Below, in pieces: positions 28,297 to 28,625 of a stretch of DNA of 28,625 nt. The stretch lies in NCBI GenBank assembly GCA_964413335.1, contig CAYPSP010000001.1, positions 1 through 28,625 of the forward strand, in the 5' to 3' direction. The translations under genes were made by a program, and so were the position numbers. The notes below the pieces were generated by a model, which saw only the letters and a program-made list of their open reading frames with translations, ran no database searches and was not told where the DNA came from. The DNA is from an uncultured Dehalococcoidales bacterium. GTDB taxonomy: Bacteria; Chloroflexota; Dehalococcoidia; GIF9; AB-539-J10. The stretch's first letter is position 1, and every line of letters starts with the position of its first letter.

Positions 28297-28625
28297 TTGT
28301 TAGCTGATTTGTTAGTACCAGATATCAAATGCACGGAAACAACTGGTAATTATGGGCGTTTTATTGTTGAACCTTTGGAGAAAGGAGTTGGTGTGACTTT
28401 AGGCAATGCCCTGCGTCGCGTACTGCTTAGTTCTCTACCTGGTGCTGCAGTTACCTGGATTCTAATTGACGGGATTCAGCATGAGTTTAGTTGTATCCCT
28501 AATTTGAAAGAGGATGTTATAGAGTTTATTCTGAATGTCAAAGAATTAAGGTTAAAGCCGCTTTCCGAGCAGCCAGGAAAGAAAATTGTTCTTGATGTGG
28601 TAGGGGAAGGGGAAATATGTGCCGC
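28297..28625 (+). CDS. rpoA: RNA polymerase alpha subunit, 3'-truncated by window edge
   Basis: Hand translation from TTG: [11 protein letters not shown]...[35 protein letters not shown]...HEFS...EDV; strong SD AGGAGGAGG. Confidence 0.97.
   Translation, partial: MLADLLVPDIKCTETTGNYGRFIVEPLEKGVGVTLGNALRRVLLSSLPGAAVTWILIDGIQHEFSCIPNLKEDVIEFILNVKELRLKPLSEQPGKKIVLDVVGEGEICA

Noticed and set aside
1-28625. CRISPR arrays, IS elements, tandem repeats, recoded stop codons
   Set aside because: None visible by eye; all three stop codons terminate conserved genes at expected positions

Overview
Housekeeping region of a low-GC anaerobe. Gene order and protein style suggest Chloroflexota/Dehalococcoidia (inference, no database check). 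Left third: comF (5'-truncated)-hpf, dnaE, a DUF1461-type membrane protein, a W/Mo aldehyde:ferredoxin oxidoreductase, recA-recX followed by an oadG/oadB-like Na+-decarboxylase membrane module, a stand-alone tRNA-Ile(GAU) and an MtnX-like HAD phosphatase. The remainder is one continuous str-S10-spc-alpha ribosomal superoperon from rpsL to a partial rpoA, lacking tuf and rpmD. The best leads are (i) a 31-aa bS22/mS38-like ORF, absent from the ORF track, inserted between rplW and rplB, and (ii) an OadB-like subunit carrying an inserted biotinyl-like domain without the biotin-lysine hairpin plus an Asp-to-Glu change at the catalytic GGADGPT motif, with no alpha subunit in the locus. No mobile elements, CRISPR arrays or rRNA genes were seen.
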